From a virus, in the IMG/VR virus record IMGVR_UViG_3300025853_008930, positions 1 through 64,000 of that record: a DNA stretch of 64,000 bases. One strand, given 5' to 3'. The translations under genes and the position numbers were made by a program. Of this stretch, positions 49,762 through 59,024 are shown one piece after another. A model generated the notes under the pieces. The model was not told where the DNA came from. It was given only the letters and a program-made list of their open reading frames with translations, and did no database searches. Within the stretch, counting starts at the first letter, position 1; every line of letters begins with the position of its first letter.

Positions 49762-52079
49762 TTCTCCTCCTTGAATAGTTTTCCGTCTATCATTTGTCTT
49801 AGCAAATTCTCATCGTAGTATAATGTCTTATAGTTCTCCGGCCTATTTGCTATGTCTTCTAATTTCTTCTTTAAAGATTTCTTAAACAACTCTCTTATTT
49901 TGTTTAAATCTTCATTGACTTTATTGGCGAGTTCTTCTATGGCTTCTTTAAGAGATTCATTTTCTAGTGAAAGATTCTCTCTAGCAATATCGCCAACTAT
50001 CTCTTTCAAAGGTTTATCTGCTTCAACAACTATTTCGTTTTCGTCGGCATCTAAGTCTTTCACTTGCACTTTCTTTTTGTATTCAGCCGCAGGGAATAAA
50101 AGTTCTGCTGTGTATAGGGCGACAGCAAAGGCTTGAGACTTATCCATTTTTTTAGACAATAAATTTTCTATATTCGTTTTTGATATAACTTTGCCTAATG
50201 TTTGGTTTTTAGGCAAGGAAACTAATAATTCATAAAACGCTTTGGCGATTTCGCTAGAAAAATCATCGGCTGTTATTGGTTCTAAGTCTTCTAGTTCATC
50301 AATAAATTCACCTAGTTTTTCATCATCTTCATCCCAAGATTCCTCTTCTGTCATTGTCTCTCTTACAAGAGGTTCTAGTGTTTTAATGAAGTTTCCTAAC
50401 TCTTTATTTGTTGTAATATATTTATTTCCTGCTCTTATCAAATATTTACTCTTATCATCTGTATTTTGAGTATCTAGGTTTTGAGTTCTAAACTTCCCAT
50501 AAAGGTCTGCAAAGGTATCATCCTCCAAATTTTCTTTGCTGAATAGCCATTTTATCACTTCTGCATCAAACTCTTCAAAGTTTTCATCTCCGACCAATTC
50601 ATTGTATTCTTTTTCTGTTTCTGCTAATTGTTTATCGTCTAATTGAGACATGCTGATGCCTAGTTTTCTAGCGGCTGTCGCTTTAGCAGAATCTAAAGAA
50701 TATTTTGCGGTTCTTTTTGATAGTCCTTTACTTGCTTCAAAAAAAGCATCCGAACCGCTAGTAGTTAGCAATTGTTCAAAAAATGGGTGAATTTCTAACT
50801 TTCTTGCTCCTCTAGCACCTTTTTGAAACATAAGATTATCAATTTTTTCATTATTTATCTTGAAAAGTAAAGGAGTTTTGTCCAATTGTCGCTTTGCTCT
50901 CTTTTCTCCACGAACTTTTATGCCAAATTGCATTTTGCTTGCTCCTAAAACATTCAAATATGTCTCTACTTGTTTTTCTCCGACATTTTCAGCAATCAAC
51001 TTAGTCAATTCGGCATCTTCCATAGCATATCCGCCAATTTTTGTTTTATTTTGCAGTTTTTCATCTGAACTCACTAATAATTCATATAATTCGGGATAAT
51101 CAACATAAAAAAGTATTCTTGCTTTACGATTTGCTTTCATTTTAGCGGCTCTTTGTGAATATTCAGCCGGTTTTATGTCTTTTTCTGCTATATCCTTGAA
51201 TGATTTTTCGCCACCACGAATAATTCTTTTCTTTGTCCTTGCTTCAGCCGTAAATCCTTCTCTAAATGTCAAACGAACACCATCTTTATCAACAAATTTA
51301 GATAAAAATTCTTCTTGTTCAATTTTTTTCCTTACGGGGATGTCTACAACCTTACCATAAAGCGTAAGATTTTCTTTTATCTTGTTTTTTGACTTAAATT
51401 TGTTGCTATTCGCTGTAAATTTTTTGAAATCCCCTACCTTTTTAGCATAAACTATGCCTTCAATGTTCTCAATTCCAATCACAATCAAGGCTTTATTGAA
51501 AATAACACGGTCTTTAAAAAAATCTTGAACACTTACATTACTATCCTTGATACTGTTTTTCAAAATAGTAGTTAATTTTTTTAGATTTTGCTGTCCTATT
51601 ACCTTTCTTAGTCTATCTTTGCCTCCACCGGACAAATTTTTCCTTTGTTCTTCTAGTGAATTTCTCAAGTCTTGTAGTTGGTTTGAATTTAGCGTTTCTA
51701 AATTAGCATATTTGTTTATTTTTTCTATAAAACTTAAAGATTTTATTTCTCTTTCTTCAGGTTTATCTTTACTATAATCTCTTTTAGTGGCCATGTGTTT
51801 TTCCATAACCTTTGTGAATCTTTCGTGAACTTCCTCTAGCCTGTCTTTGTATTTTCTGTATGCCTCATTGAAATTCCTACGAAAAATATTTTTAAATTCT
51901 GTAACATTTGAGTAAAAATATTCTACTGAACCGGAAGAGGTGGTTTTTCCAAACTTAGACAGAACTTCTCTTTTAGCATCCTTTTTGTTTTCTGTTTTCT
52001 TATTAGAAAGCATGTCTTGATAAGTAGAATCACCCATCAAAAAATCCCAAAAGAAAGAAGCAGGAAAAGGAAATACCAC
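49758..52079 (-). CDS. Large charged helical protein (773 aa)
   Basis: Long ORF. Confidence 0.65.
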   Translation of the reverse strand: MVFPFPASFFWDFLMGDSTYQDMLSNKKTENKKDAKREVLSKFGKTTSSGSVEYFYSNVTEFKNIFRRNFNEAYRKYKDRLEEVHERFTKVMEKHMATKRDYSKDKPEEREIKSLSFIEKINKYANLETLNSNQLQDLRNSLEEQRKNLSGGGKDRLRKVIGQQNLKKLTTILKNSIKDSNVSVQDFFKDRVIFNKALIVIGIENIEGIVYAKKVGDFKKFTANSNKFKSKNKIKENLTLYGKVVDIPVRKKIEQEEFLSKFVDKDGVRLTFREGFTAEARTKKRIIRGGEKSFKDIAEKDIKPAEYSQRAAKMKANRKARILFYVDYPELYELLVSSDEKLQNKTKIGGYAMEDAELTKLIAENVGEKQVETYLNVLGASKMQFGIKVRGEKRAKRQLDKTPLLFKINNEKIDNLMFQKGARGARKLEIHPFFEQLLTTSGSDAFFEASKGLSKRTAKYSLDSAKATAARKLGISMSQLDDKQLAETEKEYNELVGDENFEEFDAEVIKWLFSKENLEDDTFADLYGKFRTQNLDTQNTDDKSKYLIRAGNKYITTNKELGNFIKTLEPLVRETMTEEESWDEDDEKLGEFIDELEDLEPITADDFSSEIAKAFYELLVSLPKNQTLGKVISKTNIENLLSKKMDKSQAFAVALYTAELLFPAAEYKKKVQVKDLDADENEIVVEADKPLKEIVGDIARENLSLENESLKEAIEELANKVNEDLNKIRELFKKSLKKKLEDIANRPENYKTLYYDENLLRQMIDGKLFKEEK

Positions 52080-52087
52080 TAAACCAC

Positions 52088-52231
52088 CTACTTCATAGCA
52101 TATCTTTCTATTTCATCTATCGCTGTCTTAACATACTTAGGGGCTGACTTCATACTATCTCTTAGTGTTGCTAAGGCTTGAGCAATCATAGCCTCATCTA
52201 TATCTTCTTTAATTATATCTTGCCAATTCAT
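52088..52231 (-). CDS. 47-aa WxxILK-leader peptide
   Basis: Manual translation MNWQDIIKEDIDEAM...; GGTGA RBS. Confidence 0.6.
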   Translation of the reverse strand: MNWQDIIKEDIDEAMIAQALATLRDSMKSAPKYVKTAIDEIERYAMK

Positions 52232-52240
52232 TGTAATCAC

Positions 52241-52681
52241 CTAATATGAGCCTTGCCAATCAATGTCTCCTCTATACTCGAATTGGTTTTTATCTTTTTG
52301 ATTTTTCATATCAATGTAAACTGTAACACTCGAAACATTAAAACTAGGGCTTTCGTATGAGTCGGGCATATGATTATCTAATTTATCTGCATCAAACTCT
52401 ACATCATATTCAGTTTCGTCTTGCTCAAATGTATCTGTCTCTACAACATAATTAAAGTTTAGACGGACTTTACTCGCATAAGACCCAACACCCTTTACTC
52501 CCCAACTTCTAAGTTCAACATCAAATCTTCCGTCTACATATCCAGTTGCATTGTCAATGTATGAGTCATTTTTTTCTTCGGGAGCATTTTCTAAAAAAAC
52601 ACTTAGCATTCTGCCATCTATTTCCCAAGTAATGTCTGCCATTTTTTTAATATCTTCTTTTACTATATCTTTCCAACTCAT
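52241..52681 (-). CDS. WxxILK-leader acidic protein
   Basis: MSWKDIVKE. Confidence 0.6.
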   Translation of the reverse strand: MSWKDIVKEDIKKMADITWEIDGRMLSVFLENAPEEKNDSYIDNATGYVDGRFDVELRSWGVKGVGSYASKVRLNFNYVVETDTFEQDETEYDVEFDADKLDNHMPDSYESPSFNVSSVTVYIDMKNQKDKNQFEYRGDIDWQGSY

Positions 52682-53334
52682 TGTAATTTCTCCTGCATTC
52701 TTTTCTTAATGTCTAACCAAATTTCGGGATTGTTTTCAGCAAGCACTTCTTGGACAATTTGCATCTGTGCAAATATAATTGTGTCCTGTCTCTTATGTAT
52801 AAGTTTGCCCTTAAACTCCATAAGATATTTTAGCGACTCCCTAACTTCTTTCGCAAGTTTAGTTAGGCTATCTATTTCTCTAGGTTCTAAATCAACTGCA
52901 CCGAACAAGTCATCTAACTTGCTATCCAGTCTTTGTATGTTATTACTTAGCAAATCAATCTCATTAACTTCTTTCTTTGCTATTATTACTGCGGCTGACT
53001 CTTGAACAATCGGTGCTAGATGGTGTTTCATGTGTCGTTGCACTTGTTCCTTTGTAGTGTCTAATGCTTCGGCAATTGCTTCAGCACTTATTTCACCATT
53101 GGCTAAGTTTTCTTCGTAGTGCTTTCTCATTGGGTCTGTGCATAATACACACTTAGGATTACTACTATTGACATAATCTCCCATGTGATTTCTTTGGTGT
53201 TGTGCCGCAGTTCCACTTCTCCAATCGTGTCTTGAATCTAAATCATCACAAGAAACCTCACCGGCTTCCAACATTCTTTCAAGTTCTTCTCTATCTTCAT
53301 GTTGGCAAAAGCCACAACGCTTTCTTGTTACCAT
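52678..53334 (-). CDS. Putative terminase small subunit (tandem Zn-HTH plus coiled coil)
   Basis: Two CxxC...H...H units around HTH-like helices, then oligomerisation-like helices. Confidence 0.5.
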   Translation of the reverse strand: MVTRKRCGFCQHEDREELERMLEAGEVSCDDLDSRHDWRSGTAAQHQRNHMGDYVNSSNPKCVLCTDPMRKHYEENLANGEISAEAIAEALDTTKEQVQRHMKHHLAPIVQESAAVIIAKKEVNEIDLLSNNIQRLDSKLDDLFGAVDLEPREIDSLTKLAKEVRESLKYLMEFKGKLIHKRQDTIIFAQMQIVQEVLAENNPEIWLDIKKRMQEKLQ

Positions 53335-53348
53335 TTTAAATCACCTCA

Positions 53349-53708
53349 TCACTTGTAGAACTTGAAGGAAATCAAAGGTTCATTATCAAATTCTTCACTA
53401 TCAATAAAAACACTTTCCGGTTCTAAATCTCCTAAGAATCCATGTTTTACATTTTGGAAATCTATACCTAAAATTTGTATTAGATAGCCCTCCATATTTG
53501 TAAATTCAAATGGTTCAAAACCATCTTTAAATTCTACTTTGTGAACTTCTAATGCCATAGCAATAGTTTCGCTACTTCTATCAATATCCAAACTCCATGT
53601 AACAAAACATTTCTGTCCATCTTGGTCTTTGTATTTTTTACTATCTTTAGACATTACTCTACATTCAGTCGTCAGTTTATCTTGCTTTTTCAGTTCGTCT
53701 TTCCACAT
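53349..53708 (-). CDS. WxxILK-leader variant protein
   Basis: MWKDELKK. Confidence 0.55.
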   Translation of the reverse strand: MWKDELKKQDKLTTECRVMSKDSKKYKDQDGQKCFVTWSLDIDRSSETIAMALEVHKVEFKDGFEPFEFTNMEGYLIQILGIDFQNVKHGFLGDLEPESVFIDSEEFDNEPLISFKFYK

Positions 53709-53709
53709 T

Positions 53710-53991
53710 TTAAACACCTAATTTTTTCTCCATACTTTCGACGAACTTTCTTAAAGAGGCAATTAGATTATCTATTTGCCTTATAGGAATATTATCATCA
53801 ATAAATCTATCTAGTCTTTTATTTTCTTTCTTTTCCATCAAGTCTTCTTTGTAGTCCAAAAGAGACTCTATCATGCTCTCGGCTCTTGTAATTACTGAAC
53901 CCTTTTCTGCTCTTAGCATGTCTTCGTGCATACTTGACATATTTTGCCTAAAGGCATCAAACTTGTCTTCTTTTAGTATGTTCTTCCACAT
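53710..53991 (-). CDS. WxxILK-leader protein
   Basis: MWKNILKE. Confidence 0.6.
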   Translation of the reverse strand: MWKNILKEDKFDAFRQNMSSMHEDMLRAEKGSVITRAESMIESLLDYKEDLMEKKENKRLDRFIDDNIPIRQIDNLIASLRKFVESMEKKLGV

Positions 53992-53995
53992 TTTA

Positions 53996-55123
53996 TCAAC
54001 TCCATAAATATTCATGCCATGACTTTTGTATATCATCCTGTGGAACTTTTAATCCTTTTAGATTTAGATGTTCGCCCCACGCTAACTTCTTTGATTTACC
54101 CTTTCCAACAACCGCTACAATCAGTGATGACATAGCAGTTGCTTGAAAGGGCTTTAATGAAAATGTTTTGATTTGACCCGCAGGTGGTTCTATACCTGCT
54201 ATCTTTGAAAGTGCTTCTTTACTTGTCTTTTTGTTATCCAATGTAAACTTCATACCCGAAAAAGTGCTTGCCATTTCTACCAACTTAGGTATTCCATTTT
54301 CTTTAAACAAGGCTTTTCTTTTTAGCAATCCCAATACATGCTTTCTAACAGGTGGGAAAATTGCCAACTTAGAAGGTAATTTAACTTGTAAGTGCATATT
54401 TTCTATTGCTTTATTTGATTCTGCTAAAGCAATCTTCAATATATCTTTTAATCCAACTTTGATTAAATCACCTCTACCAAAAAGTGCTTGAGCCAAAGGT
54501 GGATTAGCAGTATTTGGTGTATCGCTATACCATGTCGGAGGTGCTTTCTTTCCATATTTTTTCTTATACCATTCATTTGCATAGTGGCCAAAAACCTTGT
54601 CTTTTTCTTTACCTATGGCATTACCATCAGCATCCGACTTTGCAGGAAAATTAAATACAGTATTTCTAGGATTTAATGTGCTTGTTGCTTCTTCAAATCC
54701 TTCAATGGCTTCTTGAAATTCTTGTAGTTTTTTTACATGGCTTACTAACAGAATCTTATCTTCTTTGAATTCTTCCATAAATTCTTCTATGTCATCTAAT
54801 AGAGTAAATGCTCCTGTGCTTCCCCTATTTGGCGACCTATCCCTTCTATATCCGCTAGTTACATGCTCTTTCAATTGTAAATATAGATTAGCAGGGTGAG
54901 GCTGTCCACTCTTAGTATCTATTTGTCCAACCTTCTTTCCCTCTCTAGGTTTTCTAATTCTTCTACCTTCACTAAGTAATTTTTTTCTACCTATACCTTC
55001 ACACTTCTTAACCCAAGCCTCATACTCATCAATAAACTTGAATGAGCCTCTAACTTCAATATCGGTGCTTCCAACCCTAATCACGGACTTTTTCTTTTCG
55101 TCTTTTCTTACCACGCTTTCCAC
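53996..55123 (-). CDS. Hypothetical basic protein
   Basis: 375-aa ORF ending IQKSWHEYLWS. Confidence 0.6.
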   Translation of the reverse strand: MESVVRKDEKKKSVIRVGSTDIEVRGSFKFIDEYEAWVKKCEGIGRKKLLSEGRRIRKPREGKKVGQIDTKSGQPHPANLYLQLKEHVTSGYRRDRSPNRGSTGAFTLLDDIEEFMEEFKEDKILLVSHVKKLQEFQEAIEGFEEATSTLNPRNTVFNFPAKSDADGNAIGKEKDKVFGHYANEWYKKKYGKKAPPTWYSDTPNTANPPLAQALFGRGDLIKVGLKDILKIALAESNKAIENMHLQVKLPSKLAIFPPVRKHVLGLLKRKALFKENGIPKLVEMASTFSGMKFTLDNKKTSKEALSKIAGIEPPAGQIKTFSLKPFQATAMSSLIVAVVGKGKSKKLAWGEHLNLKGLKVPQDDIQKSWHEYLWS

Positions 55124-55472
55124 CTCCGTATTCTATATTGAATAATTCAGGATTAGCCCCATGACCACCAAAAGAAACGCCTCCGGCTTCTTTTTCAAAA
55201 GTATCACTAGTGTTTTCTACAATGTCGTTGAACTCTTCCATGAAACTATTAAATTGTTTTTTCATAGATTTGGCTAATGCTTCCTCATCTAATATTTCAT
55301 CGTATGGGTCTGTGTGTAAGTAGCCCAAATAGTCACTCAAACCCATAAAATTACCGCTATCAAACTCAAGTAAACCTAATAGAGCCTTATGGTGTTTTTC
55401 TAAAGCCCTTTTGAGTTTGACAGCAACCTCCTCAAGTTCTTGGTTGCGCTTCAATACTTCTTCCCAACTCAT
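55077..55472 (-). CDS. WxxILK-leader protein
   Basis: MSWEEVLKR. Confidence 0.6.
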   Translation of the reverse strand: MSWEEVLKRNQELEEVAVKLKRALEKHHKALLGLLEFDSGNFMGLSDYLGYLHTDPYDEILDEEALAKSMKKQFNSFMEEFNDIVENTSDTFEKEAGGVSFGGHGANPELFNIEYGGGKRGKKRRKEKVRD

Positions 55473-55484
55473 GTCAAACCCTCT

Positions 55485-55784
55485 TTAATCATCTAAAGCA
55501 ATAGACATGATTTTTTCTATCTCTTTTTCGAGTCCTTTTATTGTTCTATTCATTGACTCTCTTTTTTCAGCATCAAAATCTTTACTCATCGTTTGTAATT
55601 CCTTGATTGTTTTCTTTAGTTCATCTACTCTTTTCAAAAAGTAACTCATGTCTCTTTTCTCTTGGCCTCTAACCGCTTTGCCCTTTAGTCTTCTTCTTTC
55701 CAAAGCCCTTTGCTTTCTTCTGCGAATTCTATCTTTCTCTCGTTCAAAACGACTATCTTCTTTAATTATGTTTTCCCAGTTCAT
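55485..55784 (-). CDS. WxxILK-leader protein
   Basis: MNWENIIKE. Confidence 0.6.
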   Translation of the reverse strand: MNWENIIKEDSRFEREKDRIRRRKQRALERRRLKGKAVRGQEKRDMSYFLKRVDELKKTIKELQTMSKDFDAEKRESMNRTIKGLEKEIEKIMSIALDD

Positions 55785-55785
55785 A

Positions 55786-56013
55786 TCAAGCCCTCGCTAA
55801 ACTTCCAAGTATTCTCTTAATGCTATCCATAGTAGTCTTATGCAATCTATGATATTCTCCGGCAATGTCTTCAAACTCTTCAGCATCAATCATTTCTTCA
55901 CCTTGATACTGTCTAACAATTTCATCCAACTCTTTCAAAACATCCCTTTGTCTGCCAAAGTTATCAATGGCATTTTGCGTGGTGTTACGCTTTAGAATAC
56001 TTTGCCATGCCAT
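55786..56013 (-). CDS. WxxILK-leader protein
   Basis: MAWQSILKR. Confidence 0.6.
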   Translation of the reverse strand: MAWQSILKRNTTQNAIDNFGRQRDVLKELDEIVRQYQGEEMIDAEEFEDIAGEYHRLHKTTMDSIKRILGSLARA

Positions 56014-56015
56014 AA

Positions 56016-56465
56016 TTAACTCTCCATCGCATTCTTATCTTGGAAACCCCTACTAAATCCCTGCTCAAAGTCTATTCGCTTAACTTCTTTAACCGCACTA
56101 GTAGTAGGGTCGTCTTTTATTTCTTTAAATCTCATAATAGCCAAATCTACAAAAGATTCTATTCCTTCGGGAGTCAATCGCATTATAGTATCATTTTTTG
56201 GACTGTTGCCCCCGAAAAGGTCTACTGTTACAAAGGGCGTATCATCTTCCCCTGTGTCAATAAAAGCAATTTCATATGCCTTATATGAATGAGGGTCTTG
56301 TAATTTGCCGTGAGGAATTGACCCTAATCTATCTCCTGCTACCACGCTTAATTCTAAATCGGGTGCAATTTCAGTTCTTGAGTGATAGCCTCTCCTGTCA
56401 TTATACGGCTTAAACTCAATATCTTGGAATCTAAATTGTTTCTTAAGAATATCTTGCCAAGTCAT
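56016..56465 (-). CDS. WxxILK-leader protein
   Basis: MTWQDILKK. Confidence 0.6.
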   Translation of the reverse strand: MTWQDILKKQFRFQDIEFKPYNDRRGYHSRTEIAPDLELSVVAGDRLGSIPHGKLQDPHSYKAYEIAFIDTGEDDTPFVTVDLFGGNSPKNDTIMRLTPEGIESFVDLAIMRFKEIKDDPTTSAVKEVKRIDFEQGFSRGFQDKNAMES

Positions 56466-56818
56466 TTCTTACCCACCTGTCTGCCTTCTCCTGAAAATGG
56501 ATTATATGGAATATTTCTCGCTTTTCTTCTAGCCCTCATAGGCATTGAGTTAGTTTTATTACCTGCCATTCCAAACCCTACCTTTTTTCCTTTTCTTTGC
56601 TTAGTTTTACCCTTTGGTTGTGGTTGTCCAAAACTAGGTGAATCTGTTACATTACCAAACTCTTCTTCTAGTTCTTGCATTTCTGCATCTCTAACCTTTT
56701 TAGAACTTCGTCGTTCAACCCCAAGTTTCTTTTTTTGACGGTCATCTATTTTCCTTTCTATTGCTCTCAACCTACCTTCGGTAAAATATGGCTTTTTTAG
56801 TATATCTTGCCAAGTCAT
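56462..56818 (-). CDS. WxxILK-leader basic protein
   Basis: MTWQDILKK. Confidence 0.6.
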   Translation of the reverse strand: MTWQDILKKPYFTEGRLRAIERKIDDRQKKKLGVERRSSKKVRDAEMQELEEEFGNVTDSPSFGQPQPKGKTKQRKGKKVGFGMAGNKTNSMPMRARRKARNIPYNPFSGEGRQVGKK

Positions 56819-56922
56819 TTCTTACCACCTGTAACAAAACACTTCTTTGACTTTGCCTCTTTCTCATCAACTTCTTTTGACTTTGCATCAAACCACTTAT
56901 CGAGATAACTACACCTTGTCAT
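56815..56922 (-). CDS. 35-aa peptide
   Basis: Manual translation MTRCSYLDKWFD...; GGTGA RBS and ATGA overlap. Confidence 0.45.
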   Translation of the reverse strand: MTRCSYLDKWFDAKSKEVDEKEAKSKKCFVTGGKK

Positions 56923-56923
56923 A

Positions 56924-57265
56924 TTATTCACCTTCGGGGCCATAATCTCCTACATATCGAGCAAGTCTTAAAATTTCTTCAGCCACATCTCTAGCCTCAA
57001 ATTCCAAACCTGCTAATTTATCATAGAACTCTATTATTTTATTCTCATCATAATCTCTATTATCCCTGTTGTAGTCTCTTACTTTTTCAAAGAGTTTTAT
57101 GTAGTAATCTCTTGCGTCTACAGCCGGATTTTTTTCGTGCATTTCCATTAATTCAAATTTTGTTCTCACTAAACCTCTTATTAATTTAGACCTTGAGTCC
57201 ATAGACCTTTCTCGTCTATCAATTGCATCTCCTAAATCTTTTCTTATTTCGTCTTTCCATGTCAT
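56924..57265 (-). CDS. WxxILK-leader variant protein
   Basis: MTWKDEIRK. Confidence 0.6.
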   Translation of the reverse strand: MTWKDEIRKDLGDAIDRRERSMDSRSKLIRGLVRTKFELMEMHEKNPAVDARDYYIKLFEKVRDYNRDNRDYDENKIIEFYDKLAGLEFEARDVAEEILRLARYVGDYGPEGE

Positions 57266-57274
57266 ATTATTCAC

Positions 57275-57421
57275 CTACTGTAATTTTTTCAACATTAGTG
57301 CCGCTTTAGAACAAACTTTCCTTAGTAGGTCTGCATCATACATATCTTGTTTACTTGCATCCTCTAAATAATCTATCACATGCTCAAGCCCTTTTTGTTT
57401 AATTATATCTTCCCATGTCAT
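57275..57421 (-). CDS. 48-aa WxxILK-leader peptide
   Basis: Manual translation MTWEDIIKQKGLEHV...; GGTGA RBS. Confidence 0.6.
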   Translation of the reverse strand: MTWEDIIKQKGLEHVIDYLEDASKQDMYDADLLRKVCSKAALMLKKLQ

Positions 57422-57463
57422 ATTATTCACCTTTTATTTTAAACGCTTTTTTCAAAAATTTTT

Positions 57464-57841
57464 CTAGGATTTTTTTCTACCGGCTTCTTTCATTTCATCA
57501 CGATATTCAAATAGAGTTTCCTGTATTGCTTTTTCTATTGCTTGTGTTATTTTATAAAAGCGATTATTAGGGAATGAAAAACCCACAACAGGGTAGGCTT
57601 CAAACTTGTCTGCAAAATAAAGATAGGATTTATGTAATATCTCTCGTATATTTGCATAATCTAAATAATCAACCCCATCAACTATCTCAAAGGGGGTTTT
57701 TTCATTAAGATTATAATGTTCTCTACCATCAAAAATAATACTTTTCGCCTCTTCTCGGCTCATTGAACCACCCGCCTTTCTTCTAGCATCTATGTTTTCA
57801 CTATGCTCACTCGTTTTTTTAACGGTATCTTTCCAATTCAT
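57464..57841 (-). CDS. WxxILK-leader variant protein
   Basis: MNWKDTVKK. Confidence 0.6.
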   Translation of the reverse strand: MNWKDTVKKTSEHSENIDARRKAGGSMSREEAKSIIFDGREHYNLNEKTPFEIVDGVDYLDYANIREILHKSYLYFADKFEAYPVVGFSFPNNRFYKITQAIEKAIQETLFEYRDEMKEAGRKKS

Positions 57842-57960
57842 TCAAATTCAACTCTTTTTTCAAAAAATGTGGCGGAATTTTTGTAGCACTAGCGTAAAAT
57901 TTTTTTTTATAACTATTGTATTTCCAGAATAAAAGTTATACTATTCATTATTAATCATGC

Positions 57961-58317
57961 TTAGTTATAATCAAATAAACTAGTATTCTTAGTTTCTTTA
58001 ACTTCACCCTGCATAGTTATTTTATGCTTGGCTTTAACATCTCTAATGTATCTTAGTAGTGTGTTTAACTTAGTTTTAAGCCCTTTTAACTCACTATCCA
58101 ATTCATCAGTATATTCATTACCCTTAGTTTGAGTTTCTTTAAGTAACTCTCTAAGTTTTTGTGATATTGTATTTAGCCTTGATAATAAGCCAAAGTCAAT
58201 ATCCTTACTAATGCAACAACCTCCTTTGAAGGGTCGTAGTAATATAAGGGTAATAAATGTAGTAGTTTTATGGGTTAATATGTTATACACAGTAGTTAAT
58301 AGGTCAAAATTAACCAT
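57961..58317 (-). CDS. Hypothetical coiled-coil protein (start uncertain)
   Basis: C-terminal 80 aa look protein-like; internal GGAGG. Confidence 0.35.
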   Translation of the reverse strand: MVNFDLLTTVYNILTHKTTTFITLILLRPFKGGCCISKDIDFGLLSRLNTISQKLRELLKETQTKGNEYTDELDSELKGLKTKLNTLLRYIRDVKAKHKITMQGEVKETKNTSLFDYN

Positions 58318-58363
58318 GAATGCTTATATTATTCAAAATTAACAAAGAAAAAAATTTTGGAAC

Positions 58364-58432
58364 AAAGCCATATGGTTGTAGAGCAACCGATTAACAAGCA
58401 TATGGTTCACTTTGCGGAACCCGCCATATATA
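58364..58432 (+). promoter_or_regulatory. Array repeat R1 (divergent, doubled core) plus TATA
   Basis: CCATATGGTTG-TAGAG-CAACC, then GCATATGGTTC-ACTTTGCG-GAACC and CATATATA. Confidence 0.7.
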
Positions 58433-58452
58433 CTTTACAGGAATGAGTAGTC

Positions 58453-58836
58453 ATGTCACTGAACATAGTATATCAAAGAAGCATAAAAGAGGAGAACGAA
58501 GACAGTATTGAGATAAGTTGCTGTAAAGAAGGCAACGAATATTGGGCATATGCCTTAAAAGTCCTTACTTCAATAGCCAACAAGTCAAACACACGGCCAC
58601 ACATCTATTTTGATTGGGGAAAGAGTAGTAAATGCACCATGAGAGTAGCGGGTTCTTGGAATGCCGAAAGCATGAGTAGTTTCCTAAGAAAAGCATCAAG
58701 CAAGAGAGCAATCGAAAGCGGTCTTTTCAATGGTCGCAGAACTTGGGTTTTCAATCATAAAACTGAAGAATACGAGCGAGTGAATGAAGAAGATGTAGAT
58801 GCTTTACCTAGAGATACCTACGCTATGATGGAGTAG
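58453..58836 (+). CDS. Cassette 1 hypothetical protein (leaderless)
   Basis: ATG 53 nt after the repeat ATAT. Confidence 0.7.
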   Translation: MSLNIVYQRSIKEENEDSIEISCCKEGNEYWAYALKVLTSIANKSNTRPHIYFDWGKSSKCTMRVAGSWNAESMSSFLRKASSKRAIESGLFNGRRTWVFNHKTEEYERVNEEDVDALPRDTYAMME

Positions 58837-58844
58837 ATAAATAC

Positions 58845-58895
58845 GGTTAAAAAAACCCTGCAAGGTTTCGGCCTTGTGGGGTTTTACCTTTTTTT
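58845..58895 (+). terminator. Hairpin/T-tract terminator
   Basis: AAAACCCTGCAAGG-TTTCGG-CCTTGTGGGGTTTT followed by ACC and a T run. Confidence 0.8.
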
Positions 58896-58901
58896 GGTCA
58901 A

Positions 58902-58993
58902 GGTTTGGTGCTTACGCTACGCTCTAAATTCATTATATAAATTACATTTATTATATGAATTTACACCAAACCATATGGTTCACTTTCGGAACC
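58902..58993 (+). repeat. Array repeat R2 (double hairpin/promoter)
   Basis: GGTTTGGTG..CACCAAACC-ATAT-GGTTC-ACTTTCG-GAACC. Confidence 0.9.
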
Positions 58994-59024
58994 CAGAATA
59001 TATATCTTCCATCAAGGAGTATGT

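Noticed and set aside
6019-56738. Numerous + strand ORFs opposite the morphogenesis genes (e.g. 16266-16838, 22756-23265, 49250-49774)
   Set aside because: Antisense shadows rich in S/F/L/I, without RBS, fully overlapping well-supported genes.
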